A stretch of 62,803 bases of DNA, filler included, from Reclinomonas americana ATCC 50394 (lineage: Eukaryota), in NCBI GenBank assembly GCA_048213135.1. It is 7 parts of 3 records of this genome, joined end to end, with 100 filler letters (N's around TTAATTAATTAA, not from the genome) between each part and the next. Parts side by side here need not be neighbours in the genome. Positions count along the whole stretch, not along the records: positions 33,697 to 39,485 come from PS015283.1; positions 39,586 to 47,803 come from PS015283.1; positions 47,904 to 53,563 come from PS015283.1; 4 more parts are not named here. One strand, 5' to 3'. The translations under genes and the position numbers were made by a program. Shown here piece by piece: positions 37,193 to 48,421 of the stretch. Each line of letters opens with the position of its first letter. Within the stretch, counting starts at the first letter, position 1. The notes below the pieces were generated by a model. That model was not told where the DNA came from. It saw nothing but the letters and a program-made list of their open reading frames with translations, and did no database searches.

Positions 37193-40100
37193 ATGTCGAG
37201 CAAGAGTGCCGCAAAGACCAAGAAGCAGCTGCGTGCAGAGGCCGCAGCAGCAACAGCAGCAGCAGCGGCTTCGGAGTCGGAATCCGACTCCGAGGTGGAG
37301 ATGAAGCCGGCGGCGCCAATGCCGAAAGTGAAGCCGTCGTCGTCATCGTCGGCCGTGGCGCCGTTGAAGGCCAGCAAGCCGACGGTGGAGGCGAGCAAGG
37401 CCAGTGTGCCGGCCAAGAGCGCGGACAGTGCGCCTGCTCCACGCAAGCGCGGGCGGCCTCCGATGTCGCCCGAGGAGAAGAAGAGGAAAGCGGAGGAGCG
37501 GCAAAAGGCGACAAAGCCGGCGAAGAAGGCCGCGAAGCGTGCGCGTGATGAGAGCGAGGAGGACGAGGAGGAGAGCGATGCTGATGCTGATGATGAGGAG
37601 GAGGAGGAGGATGAGGATGAGGAGGAGCAGGAGGATGTCAAGATGAGCAACGGTGACGACAAGAAGAAAAAGGCGGCCGCGGCGACCAAGAAGACCAAGG
37701 GCCGCGACAAGAAGAAGACGCTGCTGAAGCAGAAGAAGAGCAAGGTGCGTGGCGGATGTCGCGTACGGATGCATGTTGTCACCAGTTGTCTCATGTGCGC
37801 GCTAATTAGCCGAGCAAGAAGACCGAGAAGGCGGATGATGACAGCGATGAGCAGAGTGGCAGCGACGACGGCGACGACGATGACGATGATGAGTACGAGG
37901 AGATGGACGTCGACAGCGAGGAGGAGGCCAAGAAGAAGAAGAAGCAGAAGAAGGAGCGGGAGAAGCTGAAGAAGAAGAAGGCGAAGAAGGCGCCGGCCAG
38001 CGACGATGACAAGAAGAAGAAGCCGAAGACGTCAAAGGCGAAGGCGAAGAAGGCCGAGTCCAGTGGCGAACCGCCGAAGAAGCGAGCGAGGAAGGCGGAC
38101 AGTGCGGCGGCTGCGGCAACAAGCGGGCCGCCACCCAAGCCCAAGATCGAGGAGGAGGAGAACCAGGTGCGTGTGGGGGCGAAATGTCGCGACATCTGCA
38201 CTTGTACACTTTTTCCCTCGCTTTCCACTTGTCGTGCTGCACGCTGCGTGGTACCTGCACGCGGGCGTAGAGGGACGGGGACCGTGCATTGTGTGTTTGT
38301 GTTGGTGATTCTTTCCCCGCCCTCGGAAACTAATCATGTGCATGTTCCCGCCATTATGCGCGTGTTGTCTGGCGCACATACAGTGGACTGCCTGGAAGGT
38401 TTGTCGCCCATTTGTTTTCTTGATAGTGTGTGTGTGTGCGTGCATGTGCTCACTCGTGGTGCCACGCAGGACTTTTACTTTGTTGGTGCGCATCAAGGCC
38501 ATTGTTGATCTCGATCTTATCGTTCGGCACACTCATGTGAGTCGTTGCAGGCACCGAGTGGGCCAACTTTGACAAGCTCTTCGAGTACCCGTGGAGCTTT
38601 GAGAATCTGGAAAAGTCACTCACGGAAGGCGATCTGAGCGACGGCAAGGTGTACATGTTTGGTGGCTCCGAGGGTGCGTACTGTTTTTTTTTTGGTGCAG
38701 TGTGCTGTGCTCCACATCAGCCCGCTGAGTGTGTATTCCCCACACGCGCAGCGCAAATGCTGCCGAGCCTAAGACCGACAGAGGGTGCCTCGGAGACGCT
38801 GGTGCTGATCCCGGTCATCTTTGCAGTTTCGTTTTTTTCTGTCGCCTTCTCGCTAGTGACGGGAGTGCTCATCGGCTGTGAATGCAGATCAAGTCCGCAC
38901 ACCCGCCGCCGACCGACGTCGGCATCAAGTCGGTGATGATGTTGAAGGAGACTGTTGTGCCGGGCTCGCAGTTGAAGCTCTCGTGGGTGCCGTACTTGGA
39001 GGAAGACATGTTGCGATGTGATGCTTGCATGACGATTGCACGACCGCCCAGCGATCCGCTGACGCGAATTTGTGTGCAGGGACGTGTCGACCAAGAAGCA
39101 GCGTCATGCCCTTCGGCTGTACTACCTCACTTGCGAACTGCGTGATTCGGTGCTGCGCAAGCTGCCCGAGGACAAGAAGCGCGAGTACGAGTATGGCAAC
39201 CTCTGTTGCGTCCACACGACACACTCTTCACCGCCGTCATGAATATGTCAATTTTCACACATATTCTTATCTCCGCCGCAGACGTGCAGCGAGAGAGCGA
39301 CGTGGGCAAGGTGGATGCCGACTCGACCGTGTCTGTCTGCCGCAATGTGGCCGGCAAGCAGTTGGTGTTCGACTACGACTGGGAGATGGACGACATTGAG
39401 GAGATTGTCGACGAGGTGGCCGAGCACCACGGTGTGTGCTCGCAACGTGTGGCGACCATCGGCAGCCTGCCAGCCTCACCCTTCTNNNNNNNNNNNNNNN
39501 NNNNNNNNNNNNNNNNNNNNNNNNNNNNNTTAATTAATTAANNNNNNNNNNNNNNNNNNNNNNNNNNNNNNNNNNNNNNNNNNNNCCTCTCCCCACCTTG
39601 CAGACCTGTCCGACAAGGCACACAAGGAGGAGATCACGGCCGCCATCAAGGAGGAAGTGGCCACGCGCAAGGAGTCCATCCGCGAGGAGAAGCGCCTGCA
39701 GCGCGAGCGCTGGGAGAAGCTCCCCGAAGTGCAGCGCAAGGCCATCAACTCGATGAAGGTGTACAAGTTCTACCCGACGTGCACGCACTGGGACATTTCG
39801 CACCTGAAGGTGGGTGGGAAGCAGGGAGAGTCAGGGAGAGAGAGCGAGACTCTGTAACAGCCCGCCAGCCTCTTCGTTCCATCATTTTCTTTCTCTGTCT
39901 CGCTTTCTGTCAGTCTCTGCTATCGTTCTTGTTTCCTCTCCTGTACCGCATGTGTCATCCTCTTCCATCTGTTCTCCGTCCTGTTTCACTGTGATTTCCT
40001 CATGGGTCCCTCTTCGTATTTCCTCCTGTGTGCAGCATTTGCCATTCTCGCTCTCTCTTTCTCTCTCTCCAGTTCACATCATACTCCTTCTTGTCTCGCT

Positions 40101-40272
40101 TTCTTTCTCTTCTGTAATCTCGCATTCTCTCCTCTCTCACCCTCTTCTGTCCCTCATTCTTATATCCTCTCCTGTGCTGCGTGTGTCATTCTCACTCTCT
40201 GTCTCCCTGTCTTCCTATGCGCAGGTCCCGTTTGTCAACCGCTACTACGGCAAGGCCGACACCGTGGTGTAA
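37193..40272 (+). CDS. HEAT-INTOLERANT 4 (HIT4)-like nuclear protein with AT-hook-like, acidic and Lys-rich N-terminus
   Basis: FVGTEWANFDKLFEYPWSFENLEKSL, KVYMFGGSE, PPPTDVGIKSV, LSWVPY, FDYDWEMDDIEE, MKVYKFYP and VPFVNRYYGKADTVV* match my recollection of the plant HIT4 family; RKRGRPP AT-hook-like motif at ~37442. Confidence 0.8.
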
Positions 40273-40553
40273 AAGGGGCCCGCGACAGGTGTTGTGCTCC
40301 AACATGACGTACGCCGTTTCTTTTTTTCCCCCTTCTGGTGTGTGTATTGTGCGTCGCCTCTCCCACATTGATTGTGCAACAATGTCGCATGCTAGTGTGT
40401 CGGGCGCTCTCTTTCTCTCTCACTCTTGTGTGACCGCCCCTTCCCCTGCGCGTCACGCCAATCCGTTTCTCTATATTCATTTATTCCCGTAAAAGTTGAA
40501 AAAAGGCACCACCTCTCTCTCTCTCTTCCCCCACCCTCTTAACCGTTCCTTGA

Positions 40554-43452
40554 TTAGTAACCACGAATCTTCATGAGGACAGCCGTCTGGTCGCCAGCTG
40601 CCACTGCGTCGAACCGACTTAATGATATGGAGTAGGCCGCGTTGCCTTGCGTCAGCGAGCGCAGCGAGGAGGAGTAGCCGACGGTGGTTTCCAGTGGAAC
40701 CTCGGCGCGGATACGCGACATGCGCTCCCCGGCCTCCACCTCCTTGACACGACCACGCCTCACATTCGTCAGATCGTTCAGCACATCGCCTGCAGGGGGG
40801 AGGATTAGCGCCGGACATACTACAAATTTGTGTGAAGAGTGGCGCATCCGTCGAGTCACGCACCAACATACTGCGACTTGACGGTCAATTCGAGATCCAT
40901 GATGGGCTCCAGCAACACAGCCGACGACTTGTGCACGCGGAGCAGCTCGCGTACGCACCCAGCTGTCAGCGCACGCAGAGCCGGCGTCAGCGACGCAGCC
41001 GTCTGTCCACCACTCGCTCCCGACGATGTGGTGGAATTGGGGTTCTGGCCGCCAGGCGCTCCGGCAGCATTGTAGTGGGTGAGAGTGACATTGACATCCT
41101 CCACGGGGAAACCGACAAGCGCGCCGCGAGCGAGCGCATCACGAGCGGCCTGCTCAATCACCACCAATGCAGACTGCCATTCGGTCGGCGAACTGAACGA
41201 TTCGGGAACCACCGCGTCTGTCGGCACCGACAACTGTTGTATCAAGAGTGAGTGGTACGCATAAGTTGAGGAACCGATAAACGCTGAGGCAGAAAACACC
41301 ACCACCCACCTCAAAGGTGGAACCAGTGCCTCGCGCAGTGGGCTCCACCTGCAACTCCATCTCACGCCCACCAAGTGTCACACGATGCCGGCACTGTGCG
41401 AGAAAAGAGTGAGAACGCACGCCTGCAACCTTTGTCGCCGAGAGTGCACGCAACTGCCTGCGACAAGGTCTCGCGATATGAGATCTCCACGCGACCGCGG
41501 TTTCCCTTGACACGGAAATCGCCAAACAATCGTTGACACGCAATCTCCAGATGCAACTCGCCCATGCCACACAGCAACGTCTGACCGGTCTCCTCGTTGA
41601 AAGACACCTCCAAACTCGGATCCTCCAGCAGCAAATCGCGCAGTCCCATTTCCAACTCGCGCTGATCGGCCGACGACGCCGGCTCCACCGAGCAGAAGAA
41701 CACTGGCTTGGGGATCTCAACGCCCTGCAGCACCAAGTGTTCCTTGTCTCGTGCCGCCAGCAAGGTGTCACCAGTTCGCGTGTGTCGCAACCCGATCGCA
41801 GCCACAATGTCTCCAGCCTCGACTACCCGGGGCGTGAGAGAAAGAGAGAAAAGGGGGAAGAAAGATTGCACATCCAAACTCACCCTTGTCAATCACTTCC
41901 TCTGAATCGGCAAACAGGCGCACCAAGCGCGTCGGTCGCTCCTTGTGCGTGTTGCCCAGCGCCATTTGCGTCGTGTTCACCAACGAGTCACCGGCCGACA
42001 TGCGGCCTGAGTACACTCGGAAGAACGTAATCGGTCCTTTTTGCGGGTCCACAGAGACCTTGAAGGCCAGCGCACACAGTTGCGGACTCGTCCAGTCGCG
42101 AACAATATCCGCAGCACCGCTCTGCATGCATGCATGCGCTGAGCAACTGGGGTCTGAGGGCGGCGATCACGAGGCACATGAAAATAACATACCTGCTTCT
42201 TCTTGCCACTCGCGCCACCACTGCCCAGCAGCGTTCCGCGTGCTGGTGGTTTGTCAGCTGGCGACGGCAAAAAGTCGATTACGGCGTCCATCAGCGGCTG
42301 CACACCGCGATTCTGTGCGACCGAGTGAGTGAGTGAGTGAGCATTGTGGGTCCCATAATGCCGCGAACCTTGAGTGAGGCACCAAGCACCACCGGCACGG
42401 CATCGCGTCGCAGAGTGACTCTCCGAATGGCGGCCAGCAACGGTGCCGCCGGCAACGCAGTCAGCGTGCCATTGTCGGCAGCCAGGAATTGATCCTGCGC
42501 ACAGTGAACACACAAAGACAACTTCAACAGAAGCAGCTCCAGACGCACCATGTACTCCTCGTCGCACTCCGCCACCGCCTCGGCCAGTGCATACCGCTCC
42601 TGCACCGCTCGTTCCATATCCTGCACCGTGTCTTCCACGCGCATCTTTGCACCATCGTCGCTGATCCACCGCACCGTGCGCAGGTGCACCAAATCAATCA
42701 ACGACCCATCGCCATACTCGCCCTGCGCGTCCACCGGCACCTGCAACAGCAGCGGTCGCGTGCCCAGCTTCTCTCTACACGACACGGCATCAGACACCTA
42801 TAGCAGTAGCAGTGGTGGTGGTGGCGACGCACCGCATCGACTGCAACGTGGCATGCAACGAGGCGCCCACACGATCCATCTTGTTGACAAACACCACCTT
42901 GGGCACATCATACCGCTCGGACTGTCTCCACACGGTCTCTGTCTGCGCCTGCACGCCGGCCACCGCATCCAACACCAACACCGCTCCATCCAACACTCGC
43001 ATGCATCGCTCGACCTCCAACGTGAAATCCACATGACCGGGCGTATCAATGAGATTCACTCGCGACTTGCGCCACTCCAGAGACACACACGCCGACTGAA
43101 TGGTGATGCCTCGCTCGCGTTCCACAGGCAGAAAGTCAGTCGTCGTGCTCCCTGCGTCGACATCTGTGGTTGTTGTCGCATTGTGAGAGACTGCGTGTGT
43201 GCAGAGAGAGAGAGAGAGAGAGAGAGAGTGTGTGTGTGCACACCTCCCATGCTGCGCAGTCGACCAGCGTAAAAGAGAATGCGCTCAGTGGTCGTCGTCT
43301 TGCCTGCATCAATGTGTGCCATCACACCAACTGCATACCAGTGAGTGAGACACACAGAGAGAGAGAAGCATGCATCAGTGTGTGCAACTGTTGCGCAGTG
43401 AGCGAATGGCATCAGTGGAGAAGAGCGATGATCGCCCTACGCTCCTCCACAT
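40554..43452 (-). CDS. GFM2: Mitochondrial EF-G2 / ribosome-releasing factor 2
   Basis: [116 protein letters not shown]; short presequence-like N-terminus. Confidence 0.9.
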
Positions 43453-43503
43453 GATGTGAGCTTGTCCTGTCAGTCTGTCACTCTCTTTGCTCACACACTC
43501 ACA

Positions 43504-44099
43504 ATGGACGACGACACAACAGGCGAGACAGCAGCTGCAGGCGGAGGCGCACTGGACAAGGGTACACACACTCTGTCGTTACTCTCTCTCTTACTCACAC
43601 TCATCTGACGATTTCTCTCTCTCTCTCTCACTCAGTGGTGATCATGTTCAAGGCCGCTGGTGACGCACCACTGCTCAAACGCGCCAAGTTCAAAGTGCGC
43701 GTCACCGACTCGTTTGCCTCTGTCATTGAGTTTCTGCGGAAGCAGCTCAAGCTGGAGGCCTCTGACTCACTGGTCAACTCGCCCTCTCTCTCTCTCTGTG
43801 TGTCTGTCTCTCTGTACATATGAGTTGACACTGTACGCATGCACAGTTCCTGTTCTGCACAACGGCCTTTGTGCCGGCTCCGGATGCGCGCGTTGGGGAT
43901 TTGTATCGATGTTTCAGCACAGACAACATGGTGTGTCTCTGTGCTGCTGCTCTCTCTCTCACTCTGTTGTTCTCATTGTCTGTCGCACGCGCAGCTCATA
44001 TTGTGGTATGCAAGAACACCGGCGTGGGTTCGTTTGTGTGCTCTTGTCGTGTTGTTTTTCTTCCGTGGGATTGACTTGTGGTTGTGCGCACAGGGATGA
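43504..44099 (+). CDS. ATG12: Ubiquitin-like autophagy protein ATG12
   Basis: KVVIMFKAAGDAPLLKRAKFKV...FASVIEFLRKQLK...LFLFCTTAFVPAPDARVGDLYRCFSTDNMLILWYARTPAWG*. Confidence 0.95.
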
Positions 44100-44329
44100 T
44101 TGGTGGTGTGTTGGTGGAGCAGCGACGAGTGAAAACACAGTGTGGCATCGTTGATTCATCGTGCGCAGTGGCAGACAAGGAGAAAGGGAGGGCGATCACC
44201 TCCACACGCAGTACTCCGCGAACATGTCGTGGTAGCTCTGCATACGCAAGGATTTGCCCTCCACTCTCTCAACTCACTCATTTCTCGTGTTCCCTTCTCT
44301 TCTCTACTGTCATCGCGACTTGCGAACCT

Positions 44330-44715
44330 TTCACTTCCTGTCAATCCTTCCCTCGCGTTCACTTGTCGTTCATCGCCCCTTGTGACCTCTCGATCCTCCC
44401 CTCGCGTTCATTTGTTGTTCTCTACCTGTGTCGCTCCGTTTGACCCCTGCACTTTCTCTCGATCCTCCCCTCGCGTTCCCTTCTCGTTCATCGCCCCTGG
44501 TGACCCCTGCACCTCCTGTCAATCCTTCCCTCGCGTTCGCTTCTGTTCTCTGCCTGCCATCTTCCTCTCCATCCTCCCCTCGCGTTCACTTGTCGTTCTC
44601 TACCTGCATCGCTCCGTTTGACCCCTGCACTTTCTCTCGATCCTCCCCTCACGTTCCCTTCTCGTTCATCGCCCCTTGTGACCCCTGCGCATTCTCCCGA
44701 TTCTTCCCTCATTCC
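44330..44715. repeat. Compound tandem repeat (core ATCCTYCCCTCGCGTTC, 50-70 nt units, higher-order ~180 nt period)
   Basis: Cores near 44344, 44393, 44462, 44522, 44571 and 44640, between the convergent ATG12 and RAB5IF 3' ends. Confidence 0.85.
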
Positions 44716-44938
44716 TTCACTGGCTCCATATCTGTGTGTGCAGATGTATGTGTGAGAGAAAGAGAGAAAAGAGTGCACATACTGCCGGCTACTGGAGTGC
44801 TGATAGCCCTCCCTTTCTCGCTCTCCTCTTCTTTCTTCTTCTCCTCGCCTCTCCCCACGCAGAAAGCTGACAACCATCGTCCTTCACTTCCTCTTCCCTC
44901 TGCTCTAGCTCGCTCCCGTCGAGTCACGCCGCACTATA

Positions 44939-45665
44939 TCACTCATGATCAAAGTTGAAGATGGTGTACACAATGATCCACGTGAGCTGCGCACACACAC
45001 AATCAGCAACCAACTCGCGCTGCAGCTTCGCCCCCCCGGGGACCACGCACCACAAAGAGCGTGTACGCCGGGAAGAATCCCTCCTGCAACAGCTTCGAGC
45101 GGCCTCCCATATCATCCTCATTGATGCCGCTCAAGTAGAACTTGTGCCACGCAAACACCAAGCCGCCAATCAACGCAACCGCCCTGTTTCATAAAAAAAC
45201 CAGCTGCATGAGTTGTCGCCTACTCGGAAGAACACGACAGGATACGCAACAACACCATAGGCACTGCGCCTTGCAACGGCACCACACCCCATATGACACC
45301 GACCACAAAGGCGACTGCAGAGCGGAACCAGAAGATCACATCCATCAACTGCGCACACGTAAACATCAGTGCACACAAGAGCAGCATATCACATCAACAA
45401 TGTCGACGCACTTCATCCTGCGCGCAAGAGACGACAAAGTGAGTCACACACTTGTGAGCACTCGCGCATTATACACGTGTCACTGTGCCTTGGTGAACGC
45501 ATGCGACGAGCGCAGCAGTGCGCGCTTGTACAGTGGCAGCTCCTCTGTTGATGATGATGATGACGAAGAGGAAGACGACTTGCGCGCAGATGCAGACGAG
45601 GAAGCCTTGCTCGGAGAAGGCGGTGAGGCCGGCGATGCTGCTGCTGCTGCTGGTCGACTCTTCAT
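44939..45665 (-). CDS. RAB5IF: RAB5IF/OPTI (Rab5-interacting, EMC6-like) membrane protein
   Basis: Spliced product KDELMDVIFWFRSAVAFVVGVIWGVVPLQGAV...FYLSGINEDDMGGRSKLLQEGFFPAYTLFVLTWIIVYTIFNFDHE*. Confidence 0.88.
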
Positions 45666-46328
45666 TGCCTCTGTGTGTGAGAGTGGCCATGAGCGCGACA
45701 TCTCACACTGCGCCTCATTCTCACGCACGCACGCATATCTCCTTCTCTTTTCCTGTTGCTGTTTGCGCATAGTGTGACGAACTGTGCGCATGCTATGCAG
45801 CTCACCTTCTTGCGCGTTTGATTGCGTGTGATTTCCATCGTCGGTTCCGATCGGCGGACTTGTACCCACCCCAATCGCACTTGAGAAGTTGCGCGCTGAT
45901 CCGCCTTTGGCCTTGTTCGCGTGCCGCTGTTGGGAAGGCAGCATGCGTGTGTGTGTTCATGTCTCAGAGTGTGCTGTGTGTCGCGCGCGTGTGTGTGTGT
46001 GTTGTTTCTTTGTGTGTGCTGCATGTGCATGTCGGCATGTCACTCGCCTCACTCGACGCCTTGTCGCTGTCGCGGTGCTTGTGTGTGTGATGGGCATGTT
46101 GTTGTTATGAGAGTGCGTGTGTGTGCGTGGCGTGCGTGTTTGAGCGAGAGAAGACGGTGTGAGAGTGCGCCATGGTGCCATGGTCGACAGCGCACAGTGT
46201 CTCTCTTGCTCTCTCTTGTTCTACCACGAGTGTCATCAAAAAGGAGATAGCGCTGTGTGTGTGTGTGTGTACATGTTGGTGTGAATCATGAAGAACAGAG
46301 TGAGCTGACTGTGCTGCTGCTTGTTAGA

Positions 46329-47069
46329 ATGGTCCGCATCGTCGCCCGCCCGGTGAACAAGATCCCCAAGGAGAAGAAGTACACGAAGCAGTTCAAGGTC
46401 AGCGAGCGGCATGCTGTGTCTCTCTCTTTGTTGTGTCATGATTGAGAGTGACTGATTTCGGTGCGTCGCAGCGCCACCACTCGGATCGCTACCACCGCAT
46501 CGCTACTTCGTGGCGCCAACCCAAGGGTATCGACAATGCTGTGCGGTGAGTTACACTCTCCTTATTCTCGAGAGAACACCACGAGTGCTAGAGACGATGA
46601 TGCTGATGCATTGTCATTCCGTAGCCGTGAGTTCAAGGGCAACCAGCTGATGCCCAACATTGGCTACCGAAACAACAAGAAGGTTACGTCTACGCTGCTG
46701 CTGCTGCCACACACACGCACAGGGCTTGTGATCACCGAGTGACCGACCTTTTCGTTCTGTCTGCGTAGACCCGCCATGTGGAGCGTGACGGCCTGAAGCG
46801 TTTCCTCGTCTTCAACGTCGCCGACCTGATGCCATTGATGATGAACAACCGCCGCTACTCTGCGGAGATTGCTCACAGCGTGTCGGCCCCCAAGCGCCGC
46901 GCCATCCTGAAGAAGGCTAACCAGTTGGCGATCAAGGTTGGTGATTGCTGCGACACAGCACCCCTGATTGTCGGTTGTTCACTCACTCATCTGCTCGCCC
47001 TCTCTGCGTGCTCGTATCGTGCAGGTCACCAACAAGGATGCCCGCCTCAAGAAGGTCGAGCACGAGTAA
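46329..47069 (+). CDS. RPL32: 60S ribosomal protein L32 (eL32)
   Basis: [56 protein letters not shown]...[34 protein letters not shown]...[10 protein letters not shown]. Confidence 0.97.
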
Positions 47070-47308
47070 TCAGTTGGCATGGGCACTCGCGATACCATTC
47101 GTTTCCTCTCGCGCGATTGAAGACTCTTGTTGCTACATCAACCATCGCAATCCTATTTCCACACACTCACACACATACAGTCGCTGTGTGTGGCATGTGC
47201 AGAGAGAGCAGGAGAGTGGATGTGAGAAAGCAGACGAAGCGGCGACTCCTCACTGGTGTCATGCATCAATGTCCTACATACCACGAATCTTGTGCGTTGC
47301 AAAGGAGA

Positions 47309-48297
47309 ATGAGCGAACCGTCAGCCAGTGAGTCAACGAGCGGTGAGCGCGCTGGTGCGCAGGGCAAGTTCGAGGGCGAAGTGCTCATCACGCAGGTACG
47401 CACGCACACACGCATGCCCGCACGAGGTATGTCCATTTTTCCACTCACGACTCTCAACGCACACACACACACAGGATGTTCTGCTCGCATACGAGTTGCG
47501 TTTGCACACTACACGGACGTGTACCACAATGCACTCACATCGATCTCTCTCGCACAGTCGCCTCCGTGTGAGTAACAGCTCCGGCAGCGCCATCGTCCGT
47601 TGCGTGCTCTCCTCAACTCCCCACCACACACTCTTCTCTCTCTCTCTCTCGCTTCTTACACTCCACATGCATGCGCAGTCAAGGTGACCGCCGATCTGCA
47701 TGTGATTGTGGACGATGAGATTGAGGGTGGAATGGCGGAGGTGGTCGAGGAGCTTTCCGAGTCGCGACCGGCCTTCATTTACTACTCATACCAGCATCGC
47801 CACNNNNNNNNNNNNNNNNNNNNNNNNNNNNNNNNNNNNNNNNNNNNTTAATTAATTAANNNNNNNNNNNNNNNNNNNNNNNNNNNNNNNNNNNNNNNNN
47901 NNNGATGATGGACGCGTCAACTACCCGCTCGTCCTCATCTGGTGCGTCACACAGCGAAGAGGAAGAAAGGCAGCAGTCAAATGATATCTCTCTCTGCTTC
48001 TGTTCCTCGTCTTGCTTCCCTGTCTGTTCACTCTCAAGCCTCTGTCTCTGTGTGTCTCGTTTCTCACCCACGCCACTCTTCGATCCAGGTACTCGCCAGA
48101 GACCGGCCACCCGCTGGAGCACATGCGGTACGCACCTGTGTGCGGTCCGCTGGCCAAGCACATGCCGGCCAAGATCCTGGAGACGCGTCGACTGGAGGAT
48201 ATCACTGAAGGTGAGGCCGGTGCTTCCTCCTCTTGTGACATTGTGTGCTCAACCTCCGTCTGCAGCGTGGGTTCGCGCCATGGCCGTGCGGCGATAG
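47309..48297 (+). CDS. GMF: Glia maturation factor (ADF-H family)
   Basis: AIVLKV, EELSESRPAFIYYSYQHRHDDGRVNYPLVLIWYSPETGHPLEHMRYA...KILETRRLEDITEAWV. Confidence 0.88.
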
Positions 48298-48421
48298 TGT
48301 GCTCGCAGAACACACGTGCTCTTTCCTCTCTTTGGTGCCCTCTGTGCTGTTTAACTAATGGGTGGCTTTTACAAAAATTGTTACACGTTTGCGATAAACA
48401 GTTGTGTGTTTGTGTGCGTCG

